Part shown: positions 40,191 through 51,860 of the stretch, piece by piece
How positions within the stretch are numbered: the stretch's first letter is position 1
How the letters are laid out: each line of letters starts with the position of its first letter
DNA from: Octopus vulgaris
Lineage: Eukaryota
Length of the DNA stretch: 64,000 bases
Direction: 5' to 3'
Assembly: GCA_951406725.2 (NCBI GenBank)
Contig: OX597822.1
Location: forward strand, 76,756,001-76,820,000
Made by a program: the position numbers and the translations under genes
The notes under the pieces: generated by a model
The model's input: only the letters and a program-made list of their open reading frames with translations
Database searches by the model: none
Told to the model about the DNA's origin: nothing

Positions 40191-41781
40191 ATGTAACAAT
40201 TATTTCAAGAAGACCTGGTATTATCATTGCTCAAAAACAAAAAAAAACAAAAAAACAAAACAGAAAAAAAGCCAGAAGACTGTGTTGGATAATTACTACA
40301 GCATGGCCGGCAGATAACAGACTAAGTGGAAAGGTTGAAAAAAAAAATTGGAAAAGATGGAAGAGTATCAAAACTTGGTTACTTGGTAACCTGACTTGTG
40401 CCTGTGACATAGAAAAGTCCCCAGTACATACTGTAAATGGTTGGCATTTGGAAGGACAACAAAGTGGAAGAAGCCATGCTAAAACTGAAATGGAATTCAA
40501 TGAGGCCATGTGGTTGACATCTGCTTCACAAATACTCTCTCCACCATCACCACCACTTGGCTTAGGGGTGCTTGTTCCTGTCTTCTTTTTCCTGTTCTTC
40601 TTTTGCAAATCACTTGGTGACCTCACATAAAAATGCACCTAGTGCACTCTGCAAAATGGTCAACATTCGGAAGAGCATGACGGTGGGGGGAAACCATGCC
40701 AAAATTGAAATTGGATCTCAATGTGATCTTGTGGTTTTTTTCCAAGTTTCTACATTAAGCTGGAGTGATAAGAGGACTTATTGTGCATTGAGAGGAGTCT
40801 CTGTTGATGAGAATATGTCGTGGGTTGTGGTTATTGAGATTGTGTTGCATTGTCAATTTCATTTGTGAGAAAAATAATTGACATTCAACCCGTACAGTAT
40901 GGAACATCATCATTGTTGTGGTCGTCATAATACCATCATCATCATCATCATCATTGTCATCGTCATCATTTAATATACATTTTCCATGCTGGCATGGGTT
41001 CGACAGTTTAACAGGAATTGGCAAACCTGGGAGCTGCACCAGGCTCTGATTGTCTGTTTTGGAATGCTTACCAAGGTTGGATACCTTTCTTAGTGCCAAC
41101 CACTTTACAGAATGCCCTGGGTGCATTTTTACATGCCACCAACATGGGCGCATCTTAACGTGACACCAATGCAGGTGCATTTTTTATGTGGCACCAGCAC
41201 TGGTAACTCTTATGTGGCACTAGGTGCTTTTTGCATGGCACCACCTCAAAGATTAAATGATGTGGACAATGATGATGATATTTCAAATCCTGGATCAATA
41301 CCAGGAAATCTGAAGATGGGGAGGGGGTTCCAGTCAATGTCATTAACCTTTTCTATTCTAAGCACAAGGTCCGAAATTTTTGGGGAGAGGGCCAGTCGAT
41401 CAGATCGACCCCAATTCGCAACTGGTACTTAATTTATCGACCCCCAAAAGGATGAAAGGCAGAGTTGGTCTCGACAGAATTTGAACTCAGAACGTACAGA
41501 CAGACAAAATACCGCTAGCAGTACTTGACTGGTTCTTTGTTTTATTAATCCCCACCAGTCTGAAAGCTAAGTTGACCGTTGTCTTAGCAGGATTTGAAAT
41601 CAGACGGTAAAGAGTAGAAAGAAATCACGGAAGGCAAAGCATTCGGTCTGGTTCTCTAATAATTCTGCTAATCCACAGAGAAGGATTAAAGAAACCATAT
41701 GAAGAATCTATGTAGATGGGATTGGCACCGCATCAGGATGGGAGAGAAACAGAGTTTGAAATACAGGTCGATATTAGTCAC

Positions 41782-41910
41782 AGTGGTAGTGGTGATGCTG
41801 CTGATGGCAGTGATGGTGGAGATGGCGGCAGCAGGTGGTGGTGGCAGTGTTGTTGGTGCTGGTGATGGCGGTAGTGGCGGTAGCAGGTGGTGGTAGTTGT
41901 GGTGGTGGTG

Positions 41911-41941
<31 letters not shown>

Positions 41942-41995
41942 AAGCATTGGTGATTGTAGTAGTAGAAGTTGTAGTAGGTTGTGGTGGTGGTGGTG

Positions 41996-42056
<61 letters not shown>

Positions 42057-42260
42057 AAGAATTGGTGCTTGTAGCAGTAGTACTGGTGGTGGTGGTGGTG
42101 GTGGCGGTAGAAGCATTGGTGCTTGTAGTAGTAGAAATAGTAGTAGGTTGTGGTGGTGGTGATAGTGGTAGAGGTGGCAGTGGTAGGTTAGTATCGGTAA
42201 TTATAGAAGTGGTGATGGTAATAGTAGCGGTGGTGTGGTAGTGGTGGTAGTAGTAGTAAG
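41782..42260. repeat. (GGT/AGT)n microsatellite with internal AGAAGCATTGGTG duplications
   Basis: Direct reading. Confidence 0.9.
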
Positions 42261-43258
42261 AATAACAAGGATGTTGATGATGATGATGATTACAGCCCAC
42301 TTACAAGTGGTTTGCTGTTAGTGTTATGGGAATATTTTCATTTTAAAAGCATTAATTAGCGAAGTTAATTACCACTCAAGCAATCTAATATTATAATTCT
42401 ATTCCTTTTCTTCTACATTCTCCCCCACTTCTCTCTCTCTGCCTCTCTCTCGAAGACATTCTTACACTCTCTGTCTTTCTTACTCTCTCTTTTTCATCTC
42501 TCTCTCTCTCTCCTCTCTCTCTCCCTGTCTTTCTCTCTGCCACTTTTCTTCTCTTTTCCTTCATCCTATTACACTCACCTTCTCACACACACACATGCAT
42601 ACATGCACGCACACACACACACTCACACACACACTCATACACTCACTCTCACACACACACTTACGCTTTCACACAAACACACACACACTCACACACACAC
42701 ACACACACACACATACACACACACCATCTCTCCTGCTAACCTTTCTTATTCTCTATTTCCTCCTCTCTCTGTCTTCCTTTTCATCTCTCCTTTACCCCAC
42801 TTCACCCCCACCCCACCGACACCACAACACTTTCTCCACCGGTTTCCACTGCATTGCTACTTTTCTTCATCTCTCCTTCACATCTCTTCAATATTGTTTT
42901 TCTTCCTACTTCTGCTCATCATCACTACTGCTACAACCACCACCACCTCCACCGCCATCAACATCATCATCATCATCATCATCATCACCACCACCACCGT
43001 CATCATCATCATTATCATCATCATAATAATATTTTTTTTTCAAACTTCTGCTCTCTTCACTTTCAGTATTTTACCTCATTTACTCTCATCACTGTGACCC
43101 TATCTCTTTCACTCACTCTCTCTCTTTGTCTCTCTCTCTCTCTCTCTGCCTACCTGTCTTCCTAACTATCTCTCTCCCTCTCTCTCTTTCTTTCTCTCTC
43201 TCTCTCTCTCTATATATATATCTAAATGTGTGTGTATGTATGTTTATGCATATATATA

Positions 43259-43330
<72 letters not shown>

Positions 43331-43334
<4 letters not shown>

Positions 43335-43541
43335 GGAGTAAACACATAAATGTGAAACAAGGTGGAAAAAAGAGTACTCAAATACCAGTGGTAGAGTAAC
43401 ATGCTTTATTTTAAGCAGCAGAAAATTCAACAAAATCTGTTACTCTGAGTTTCTCGTTGCCGTTCATCAGACTGTCTGATGAACGGCAACGAGAAACTCA
43501 GAGTAACAGATTTTGTTGAATTTTCTGCTGCTTAAAATAAA

Positions 43542-43542
<1 letters not shown>
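43331..43542. mobile_element. Penelope-type pLTR fragment forming a perfect 139-bp palindrome (43404-43542) in (TA)n
   Basis: Two identical 69-bp inverted arms around a single T at 43473. The left arm extends about 70 bp further. Flanked by TA repeats. Confidence 0.85.
43472..43509 (+). ncRNA. Minimal type I hammerhead ribozyme motif
   Basis: CTGT|CTGATGA|ACGGCAACGA|GAAA|CTCAGAG|TA|ACAG: stem I CTGT/ACAG, weak stem II CG-GCAA-CG, stem III ACTC-A-GAGT, GUA cleavage triplet (after 43505). Confidence 0.65.
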
Positions 43543-43572
<30 letters not shown>

Positions 43573-43830
43573 CATATATACATATATAAAGATATATATA
43601 TATATATACATATATACATACATATATACAAACATATATATATATATATACATACACATATATACATCCACCTTTGTAACAACCGCCACCTTCTCATGAG
43701 GGCACCCACCACCAGCTATGTACATCCATACTTCACCCCTTCTCTTGCAGTTCTTCTTTCTCCAAGTGATACAGTAGTCTTTTCAGTTTCTGATTTCCTT
43801 CAGATATGTATGTGTTATATTATGCACACA

Positions 43831-43863
<33 letters not shown>

Positions 43864-44506
43864 CCCTTTATGTTCATAAATATAAATCATATTCAAGAAT
43901 GCACCTGCTTCTGTCATATATACATCTTATTTTATGTGCACCTCTGCTCATTTATGTGTGTGGTGTGTGTGTGTGTGTCTCAGTGCACATTCATGTGTGC
44001 ACATGCATACGCATACACGCACGCAGATACTTGTGTGCATGTGTATGTGTGTGTGCATAGATATTTATATGTATCAAACAATATTATATACAAGAAAACA
44101 CATCTTCAGATATACAGAAATATACATATATGTAGAAACACACAAGCACATACATATATATCCACGCACGTGTATGTGTGTGTGTGTGTGTGTAGTGAAA
44201 GTGCTTAATACATTGTAAAAACTTCTTTGCAAAAGATTCATGGCATTCTGTTTTTAGGAAATTTTTTTTATATAATTAATAATTTTTAATTTAAGAAAAT
44301 CTTCCCTCAAATATTGTGACAGTTGCAAGAATTCTTTCCAAAAACTTATACATATATCTTTTATATGTCATCTTTCACTGGCTTCATCTAGAGGTGGGGG
44401 CCATGCTGGAGCACTACCTTTCTGCATGTTTCGGTTCCTTTTCTGTACCATTTCTGGTGAAGTAGGAAGTAGCTGTTCTATTTTGTGCCTTCTGCTTTTG
44501 TGTTTA

Positions 44507-44568
<62 letters not shown>

Positions 44569-45589
44569 ACAAAGTGTATGCATGCCGCTATATATATATA
44601 TATATATTTATATATATGTATATAAAATAAAATACAAAATGGGACAAGAACGCAAAACATCTGGACAACTAGGTGATACAAAAAGGGACAACAAAACATC
44701 CAGATAGACAATATAAAAAAACAAGGATAGGTCATTCGAAGCCTTTTATCTTTAGTCAAGAACCTCGCAATTTCATCTGATTATTCTTGAGATTGCTCCA
44801 ATCTGGCCAGCTCCAAGGAAAAACTAAGCTAAGAGCATTAGATTCCTTGGAAACAAGCAGCAAATGTATACGAAAACAAGGACGGAAAAACAGACAATGT
44901 TACACGAATATAAATACAAAAATACAATAAATAAATATATATATATATATATATTTATAAATCCAAGGGATGGAACAAGAATGAAACATGTGACAATAAA
45001 ACATCCGGACAGATAGATGATAAGAACAAAGGAGGACAGGTCATTCACAGTCTCTCCTCAGTCAAGAGACCAGAAAATCCCACCACTTTCAGCCAATTAT
45101 ATAGATAGATTGATAGATAGATAGATACATACATACATACATACAGACATACATACAGACAGACAGAGTCGTGTTTAAAATAGACATAACTCTAAGAACT
45201 AGAACTCATTATAACATGATTATTAACACCAAACCCATGTACTTCTAACATCTCTTTAGTCTTTATCCAAGCTGCCGACAAGTACTTTCTGACAACTAAG
45301 ATTTTCTATTATGAATATTCCTGTCTTTCTGTATGAAACAAATTGTATAGCAACATCTGTAATAAAAACTAGAATCCATTTTAACATCTAATCTCCTCCA
45401 TTTACAAGAATATGAATGAATTTGTTGAACTGTGTTTAATAAGTTAAATCATATACTTAATATTTCTATATAAGATTTTACATCTACACTAATTTACACA
45501 AGTAAATTCAAAAATAAAGTGCAAAGAAACAACGTCAGAAATCTTTGGAAAATACTTCAATGAAAGGACAAGCTCACATTCAACCTTCT

Positions 45590-45635
<46 letters not shown>

Positions 45636-45738
45636 TAATCCAAACCAGAAAACACAAAAAAAAAACAAAGAAACACAACATGAAGACGTGGAACAAATAT
45701 AGTATTATTGGACGCTCAGGAAAGAAGGGAAAAGGAGG

Positions 45739-45773
45739 GTTTAACGTTTTGAGCGGAGCTCTTCATCGGAAAC
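45739..45773 (-). ncRNA. Minimal hammerhead motif (two core substitutions) inside a TA-flanked element 45631-45842
   Basis: Minus strand GTTT|CCGATGA|A-GAGC-TCC-GCTC|AAAA|CG|TT|AAAC. Stems I, II and palindromic ACGT stem III are intact; core U4>C and G12>A. Confidence 0.65.
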
Positions 45774-46363
45774 ATAGAAGGAAAGATCCCGAGAAGGGAA
45801 GACAGAGGAAAAAAATCGCCAACGGTACTCACGAGGTCACATTATATATATATAAAAGTATATATAATATATGAACTTATATACATATATGTATATATTC
45901 TTTTATTCTTTTACTTGTTTCAGTCATTTGATTGTTGCCATGATGGAGCACTACCTTTAGTCAAATGAATCAACCTCAGGACTTATTCTTTATAAGCCTA
46001 GTATTTAGTGTATTGGTCTCTTTTGGTGCAAACCACTAAGTTATGGGATGTAAACACACCAACATCCATTGCCAAATGATGGTGTGGGGACAAACACAGA
46101 CACACAAACAGATGCATATATATATAGATAGATATATACGATTGTCTTCTTTCATTTTCCTTCTACCAAATCCATTCACAAGGCATGGTCGGCCTGTGGC
46201 TATAGTAGAAGACACTTGCACAAGATGCCATGCTGAACCTGGAACCATATGGCAGGAAGCAAGCTTCTTATCACAAAGCCACTCCTTATATATATATATA
46301 TATATATATACACATACATACATACACACACACACATATATATACATACATATACACACACAC

Positions 46364-46396
<33 letters not shown>

Positions 46397-46573
46397 AAGA
46401 ATAAGTTGTGGGGGCAGTTTGTTCAACTAAAGGTGGTGCTCCATTATGGCCACAGTCAAATGAGTGAAACAAGTAGAAGAATATAAGAATATATATATAT
46501 TTAAGGTATATTCCGTTAGGAATGTAGCACTGAAATTGAAGGATTTTTAACTAACGAGGACAGCAATTGAATA

Positions 46574-46684
46574 TCACCTGAAGGAATAAAACTGGATCCC
46601 ATTATACAGGTAAACTGTTGCATAATCAAATACCCGTATATATGAAAGTCTATGTTGTACGGAAACTGGAAACATGTGTAGTGA
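46574..46684 (+). ncRNA. Hammerhead-like motif with long domain II
   Basis: TCAC|CTGAAGGA...CCGTATA..TGTACGG..|GAAA|CATGTG|TA|GTGA: stem I TCAC/GTGA, GUA triplet, variant core. The host element is flanked by TA/TG repeats. Confidence 0.5.
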
Positions 46685-47293
46685 CTAAAAAATAACTGTC
46701 CAACCATACCCCTTCTTGCTCACTGTATCTTATTCAATTTTATAAATGTGTGTGTGTGTGTATATATATATATATAGTAAGTAGCTTACTTACCACCCAC
46801 ATTGTTCCAGGTTTAGTCCCAGTGCATGGCACCTTGGGCAAGTGTCTCCTACTATAGCTTCAAACCAAACAAAGACTTGTGAGTGGATTTGGTAGACAGA
46901 AACAGAAAGAAGCCCGTCATATATATATACATATATGTATATAATCAAAATATGTACCTCTGGATATCCTTGTTGCTTATTTTGATTTTAATCACCTTAC
47001 TTTGAAATTGTATGGATAATACCGTACTAAATTCTGGTACCTCAACTTAAGTACCATAATCATCTGAATCTAAATTTTTGCTGAACTCATATATATATAT
47101 ATATATATATGTATGTATATGTTTGTGTGTCCATGTTTGTCTTCCCTCCCACCACTGCTTGACAACCGTAACTTAGTGGTTTGGCGAAAGAGACCAATAC
47201 AATAAGTACTAGGCTTACAAAGAATAAATCCCAGGGGTGATTTGTTCGACTAAAGGCAGTGCTCCGGCATGGCTACAGTCAAATGACTATATA

Positions 47294-47581
47294 TCTTTAT
47301 TTATAAAAGTAAGGTTGTGTATCTGTCTCCTACGATTTAGATTCCTAACTACTCCCACATTTTGCGGTGCAGTTTAACCAAAACCGGGTATGTGATTCAT
47401 ATCGAGCCCTTCTGGGTATTAGCGCGCATCTACGATGAGTCTACGATTTAAAAAAAAATTTACCAACATTTTTTTCCCATTTTTAATGCATTTTTTTGCT
47501 ATTTTTTGGCTATAACTCTCTAAAAATGCTTATATAGTTATTTCCCTTACAAACCCGAGCAACGCTGGGCGATAATGCTAG
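47294..47581 (+). mobile_element. Non-autonomous Helitron
   Basis: Starts A|TC (47294) and ends CTAG|T (47578-47581). GC hairpin CCCGAGCAACGCTGGG lies about 12 nt before the end. No TSD. Confidence 0.8.
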
Positions 47582-47587
47582 TATATG

Positions 47588-47660
<73 letters not shown>

Positions 47661-47661
<1 letters not shown>

Positions 47662-47951
47662 TGTTTGTTCCTTCCAAGCCATGCCTGGCTCATAAGGGCC
47701 GGTTTCCTTGGCGTGTAGGTTCCTCACTTGGACGGGACGCCGGTCCATCGCAGGTGAGCTGCAAGATGCAGGAGGAAAGAGTGAGAGAAAGTTGTGGCGA
47801 AAGAGTCAGCAGAAGTTTGCCATTACCTTCTGCCGGCCGCGTGGAGCTTAGGTGCTTCGCTCATAAACACACACACATCACCCAGTCTGAGATTTGAACC
47901 CGCGATCCCTCGACCACCAGTCCGCTGCTCTAACCACTAAGCCATGTGCCA

Positions 47952-47953
<2 letters not shown>
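47661..47953 (-). mobile_element. tRNA-derived SINE, CpG-rich (young-looking)
   Basis: A box TGGCTTAGTGG, B box GGTTCAAATCT, CCTGCGATGGACCGGCGTCCCGTCC block, (AAC)-type tail. Confidence 0.75.
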
Positions 47954-47996
<43 letters not shown>

Positions 47997-48017
47997 CATG
48001 CATACATACATACATAC

Positions 48018-48058
<41 letters not shown>

Positions 48059-48067
48059 TATATATAT

Positions 48068-48106
<39 letters not shown>

Positions 48107-48178
48107 CATATATATATATATGTACACACATACATACATACATGCATATATATATATATATGTTCACATACATATATA

Positions 48179-49059
48179 TCTATATATATATAAAACTGAG
48201 AATGTGTGTCTGTCTGTCTTTCTGTCTGTCTGTCTGTTTGTGTGTTTCCCTAAAATTTGAGAACTACACCACCAATTACATTCAAATTTTACACATGCTT
48301 TACTTAGGGTCCATGTAGTTTCATGGGCAAACAAAAATGTTCAACTTCTTGCCTAGGGCGAGCCCATAGCAATATCATATCTTCTCCACTATTTCAGTAT
48401 TACGTGTTAAAAATGAAACAAAAACATTTCTCTATTTTATGTCAGATATTTCACGTTAACAATAAAAATTAGAGATAATAATAACAATTGAGTTATATAT
48501 AGTAAGTAATAATTAAAACCAAACTAAAGTATAATATAATAATTAAATTGTAACATAACAAAAGTAAAAATAGCAATTGGTATAAAATTGCATCAATGAC
48601 TTGAACTTGAATAAGTGGTTTCACATGAATGGGAATAAATTAAAAATAAAATTAGTGTGCAGAAATGAAATAGTCCAGATGATAATAAAAAATTAAATTA
48701 AAGAAAAGACTATTGTCTATAAAGTATACAATGAAGAGAAAAAAGAAGATTTGAACACCTGGAGGAAAGCACCTTTGAAAAGTGTCTTGGTGCGACTATA
48801 AAAGATATCTAGCCAGAGGCAGTAAATTCGCCACAATAAAAGTCAACGGAGCGTGCAAGGGAGTACTTGACTCGAACTTGCAAAGTGGAAATATTTTATC
48901 TTTACCTTTATATCTGGGACGTAGGACGTCCCAGATAAAAATTAAAAATGCCCCCCCTCCCAGAAGTAGAGGTAGGCTGGATTGTAGCCACACTTCTATA
49001 CAAGAGGGAGGACAAGATACAATTAATCGAAATTACTAGAGACGGGCTAACAATTCTAG
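48179..49059 (+). mobile_element. Non-autonomous Helitron-like element with internal foreign sequence
   Basis: 5' A|TCTATATATATATAAAA followed by (GTCT)n. Candidate 3' end GACGGGCTAACAATTCTAG|T, with only half of the hairpin left. Confidence 0.55.
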
Positions 49060-49193
49060 TCTGTTATATATTTTGAGTATTGTTATCACTAGCGATATCT
49101 AGATATAACTTTGTATTTCGTATTTTATGTGTAGATGTATATATATAGATGTACATGTAATATGTACACATATATATACACATATATACATGC

Positions 49194-49234
49194 ACTAGCA
49201 CTATCACCCGGCAACGACGGGTCATAATGCTAGT
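49194..49234. repeat. 41-bp imperfect palindrome of Helitron 3'-end type
   Basis: ACTAGCACTATCACCCGGCAACGACGGGTCATAATGCTAGT; hairpin + TGCTAGT reads on both strands. Confidence 0.7.
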
Positions 49235-49242
49235 ATATATAT

Positions 49243-49274
<32 letters not shown>

Positions 49275-49474
49275 CGATGCCAGCTCCTGTGGCCCCTGTG
49301 CAACTCTTGGAGTGGTTGGCGTTAGGAAGGGCATTCAGCTGTAGAAACACTGCCAGATCAGATTGGGGCCTGGTGCAGCCACCTGGCTTCCCAGACCCCC
49401 AGTCAAACCGTCTAACCCATGCCAGCATGGAAAACAGACGTTAAACGATGATCATGATGATGATGGTGATATAT

Positions 49475-49766
49475 ATATATTAGAAGAAATGAGGTAATCA
49501 GAAGATCGGATGGTTTGTATTTACAGATATTTATTTATATATTACATTTTTATATATATATCATATCACTTAGATCATTAGCGCTTTCTCCCATTCTAGT
49601 GGGGTTTTCAAATCAAACTGTTTGATTTAAAAAACCCCACTAGAATGGGAGAAAGCGCTAATGATCTAAGTGATATGATATATATATAAAAAATGTAATA
49701 TATAAATAAATATCTGTAAATACAAACCATCCGGTCTTCTGATTACCTCATTTCTTCTAATATATA
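49475..49766. mobile_element. Near-perfect 290-bp palindrome in (TA)n with a degenerate hammerhead
   Basis: Arms of about 145 bp around T49619. Reading outward from the centre: TTGAAAA-CCCCACTAGAATGGGA-GAAA-GCGC-TA (hairpin II, palindromic stem III). Confidence 0.8.
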
Positions 49767-50380
49767 ATACCTGTACATCATCTCCAAACCTTCCAATATA
49801 TATATATATATATATATAACAGCTTGCACGATATGTTTTTTTTATAGTTTCAGGGGACCTAATTTCCTCACAAAACATCGCTCGGTTGAGGAACCACAGT
49901 AGAATTCCAAAAGAACCATTCAATGAGACCAATCTTGAAACCATTTATGGTCTCAAGCTGATTCCAATTTTTAATTACCCAGCAATATGCGTTTAGTAGA
50001 TTGTGGTTTATCATTAACCTGAGCCAATAATTAATCAGAAAACCTACTCAATACTTTTAATTAGAACAGAATAATTTTCTTTAAGGCTGAGTCACTCACT
50101 GCATTAATCAGTAGTTAGAGTTTTTTTTTTTCACCTGATCCTCAACGAACTGGCATTGTGGCTTTTTGAAGTTTGCTTATATACAGAGCTATCGATTGAT
50201 TTCAATCAGGTGATTCAGAAATCAGCTTTGGCAGAATGGTGTATGTGTACGCGTGCACGTGTGTGTGTTTGGGTTTGTGTGTGTATGAATGTTTCTTAAT
50301 TTACATTTAGTTAGTTAGTTACTTTTTTTAAGGTGTGTGCAATACATGCATGCACATACAGACACACACATATATATGCT

Positions 50381-50420
<40 letters not shown>

Positions 50421-50610
50421 CATACATATATACATACATCATCATATATATATATATCATATATATATATATATATATACAGATATATATGTACATACAT
50501 ATATATGCATACATATATATGCATATAATATATATATATACACATACACACACACACATATATATATATATGCATATATATATACATATATACATATATA
50601 TATATATATA

Positions 50611-50685
<75 letters not shown>

Positions 50686-51762
50686 GTACATATATATATT
50701 TATATTTATATGCACAGGCATTTATGCAAATGCACTAGCAAGCACACACATGCAGACAAGAATATGCTAATATAGATACATGCACCACACACAAGCCTTT
50801 GCACGTAAATGCATGCACACCTAACACATCAATTCTTCCAGAACCTTCCTTCATAATCCCCACATCCACTGGGAGTGTAAATGGTGGTGGTGGTGGGGGG
50901 CATGGTAACCAGTAGCATTATTGATCTTTCATTCATTACCTAACAGCTAAAACACGCATGGCAGACTGCAAAAGGTTTTGTCAGATGAGTGTTTTTAAAG
51001 GTGCAAATTAGTTGAGTCATTAAACAAGGGTAGGTTTTTCAGTGCAAGAGGGAGACATGTTGGAAGTATTCATTGCCGGCTTTGATGGCAGTCAAGACGC
51101 AATTTATTTCCCAGAAGTGTTTCAGGAAACCACCCCATTAAGTATATATATATATATATGAAGCTGAGTCTCCTATAAATTGGATCTCTTATAAGATGGG
51201 TTATAAAGCCCCACAAGTTGGGTTTCCCATAAGTGGATCTCCCATTTATCTTGCCGAAATTCCATTCCTATGTGTCATGGGAATGTTGCGACTTTACTAA
51301 TTGTGTTTTGATGTTGTTCAGACTACCAGAATATAATTATGGCCATCAACAAAAAATATCTTTGAATGCATGTTATTATCCAGTTTAAATTCAAGATTTC
51401 TTGCCAAGAGAGAAAGAAACGGTTTCTAACCAAGATCCAAGACTCCTTCATTGGAATTTCACCAACAGTCTGTTTTCAAGTATGGTTCAGTCTCCTTCCT
51501 GGCCAGCTCTTGTCAAACTGTCTAACCCATGCCAGGATGGGCGGCATTAAATAATGATGATGATGATGATGTATGAATATGTGGAGCATCTGGAGTCAGT
51601 GCATGACCACATTTGTGTCTTGTTTTATGCATGCATTATCGTGCATATAGTTGCATATAGACATGTGCATATATACATACTTAAATGGTAAACTTCTGGA
51701 AAGTTTTACACATTTTTATATTCATATATATAAATACATTCATATATATATATATATATATA

Positions 51763-51860
51763 AAGTAAAATAGAAACTGAAAATGCACTGAGAATAGTTA
51801 AAATATTTTTTATTAAAAAGCTTTAACCGGTTTCACACTTAATTCTGATTTTCAAAAAGT
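51763..51860 (-). mobile_element. Penelope-type 3' end with degenerate hammerhead
   Basis: Minus strand CTTT|TTGAAAA|TCAGAATTAAGTGT|GAAA|CCGG|TT|AAAG, then AATAAA and a TA tract. Confidence 0.5.

Noticed and set aside
49885-49960. TTGAGGA...GAAACCATTTATGGTC hammerhead candidate
   Set aside because: Stem III and GUC are good, but the 5' core, stem I and stem II are too degenerate to call.
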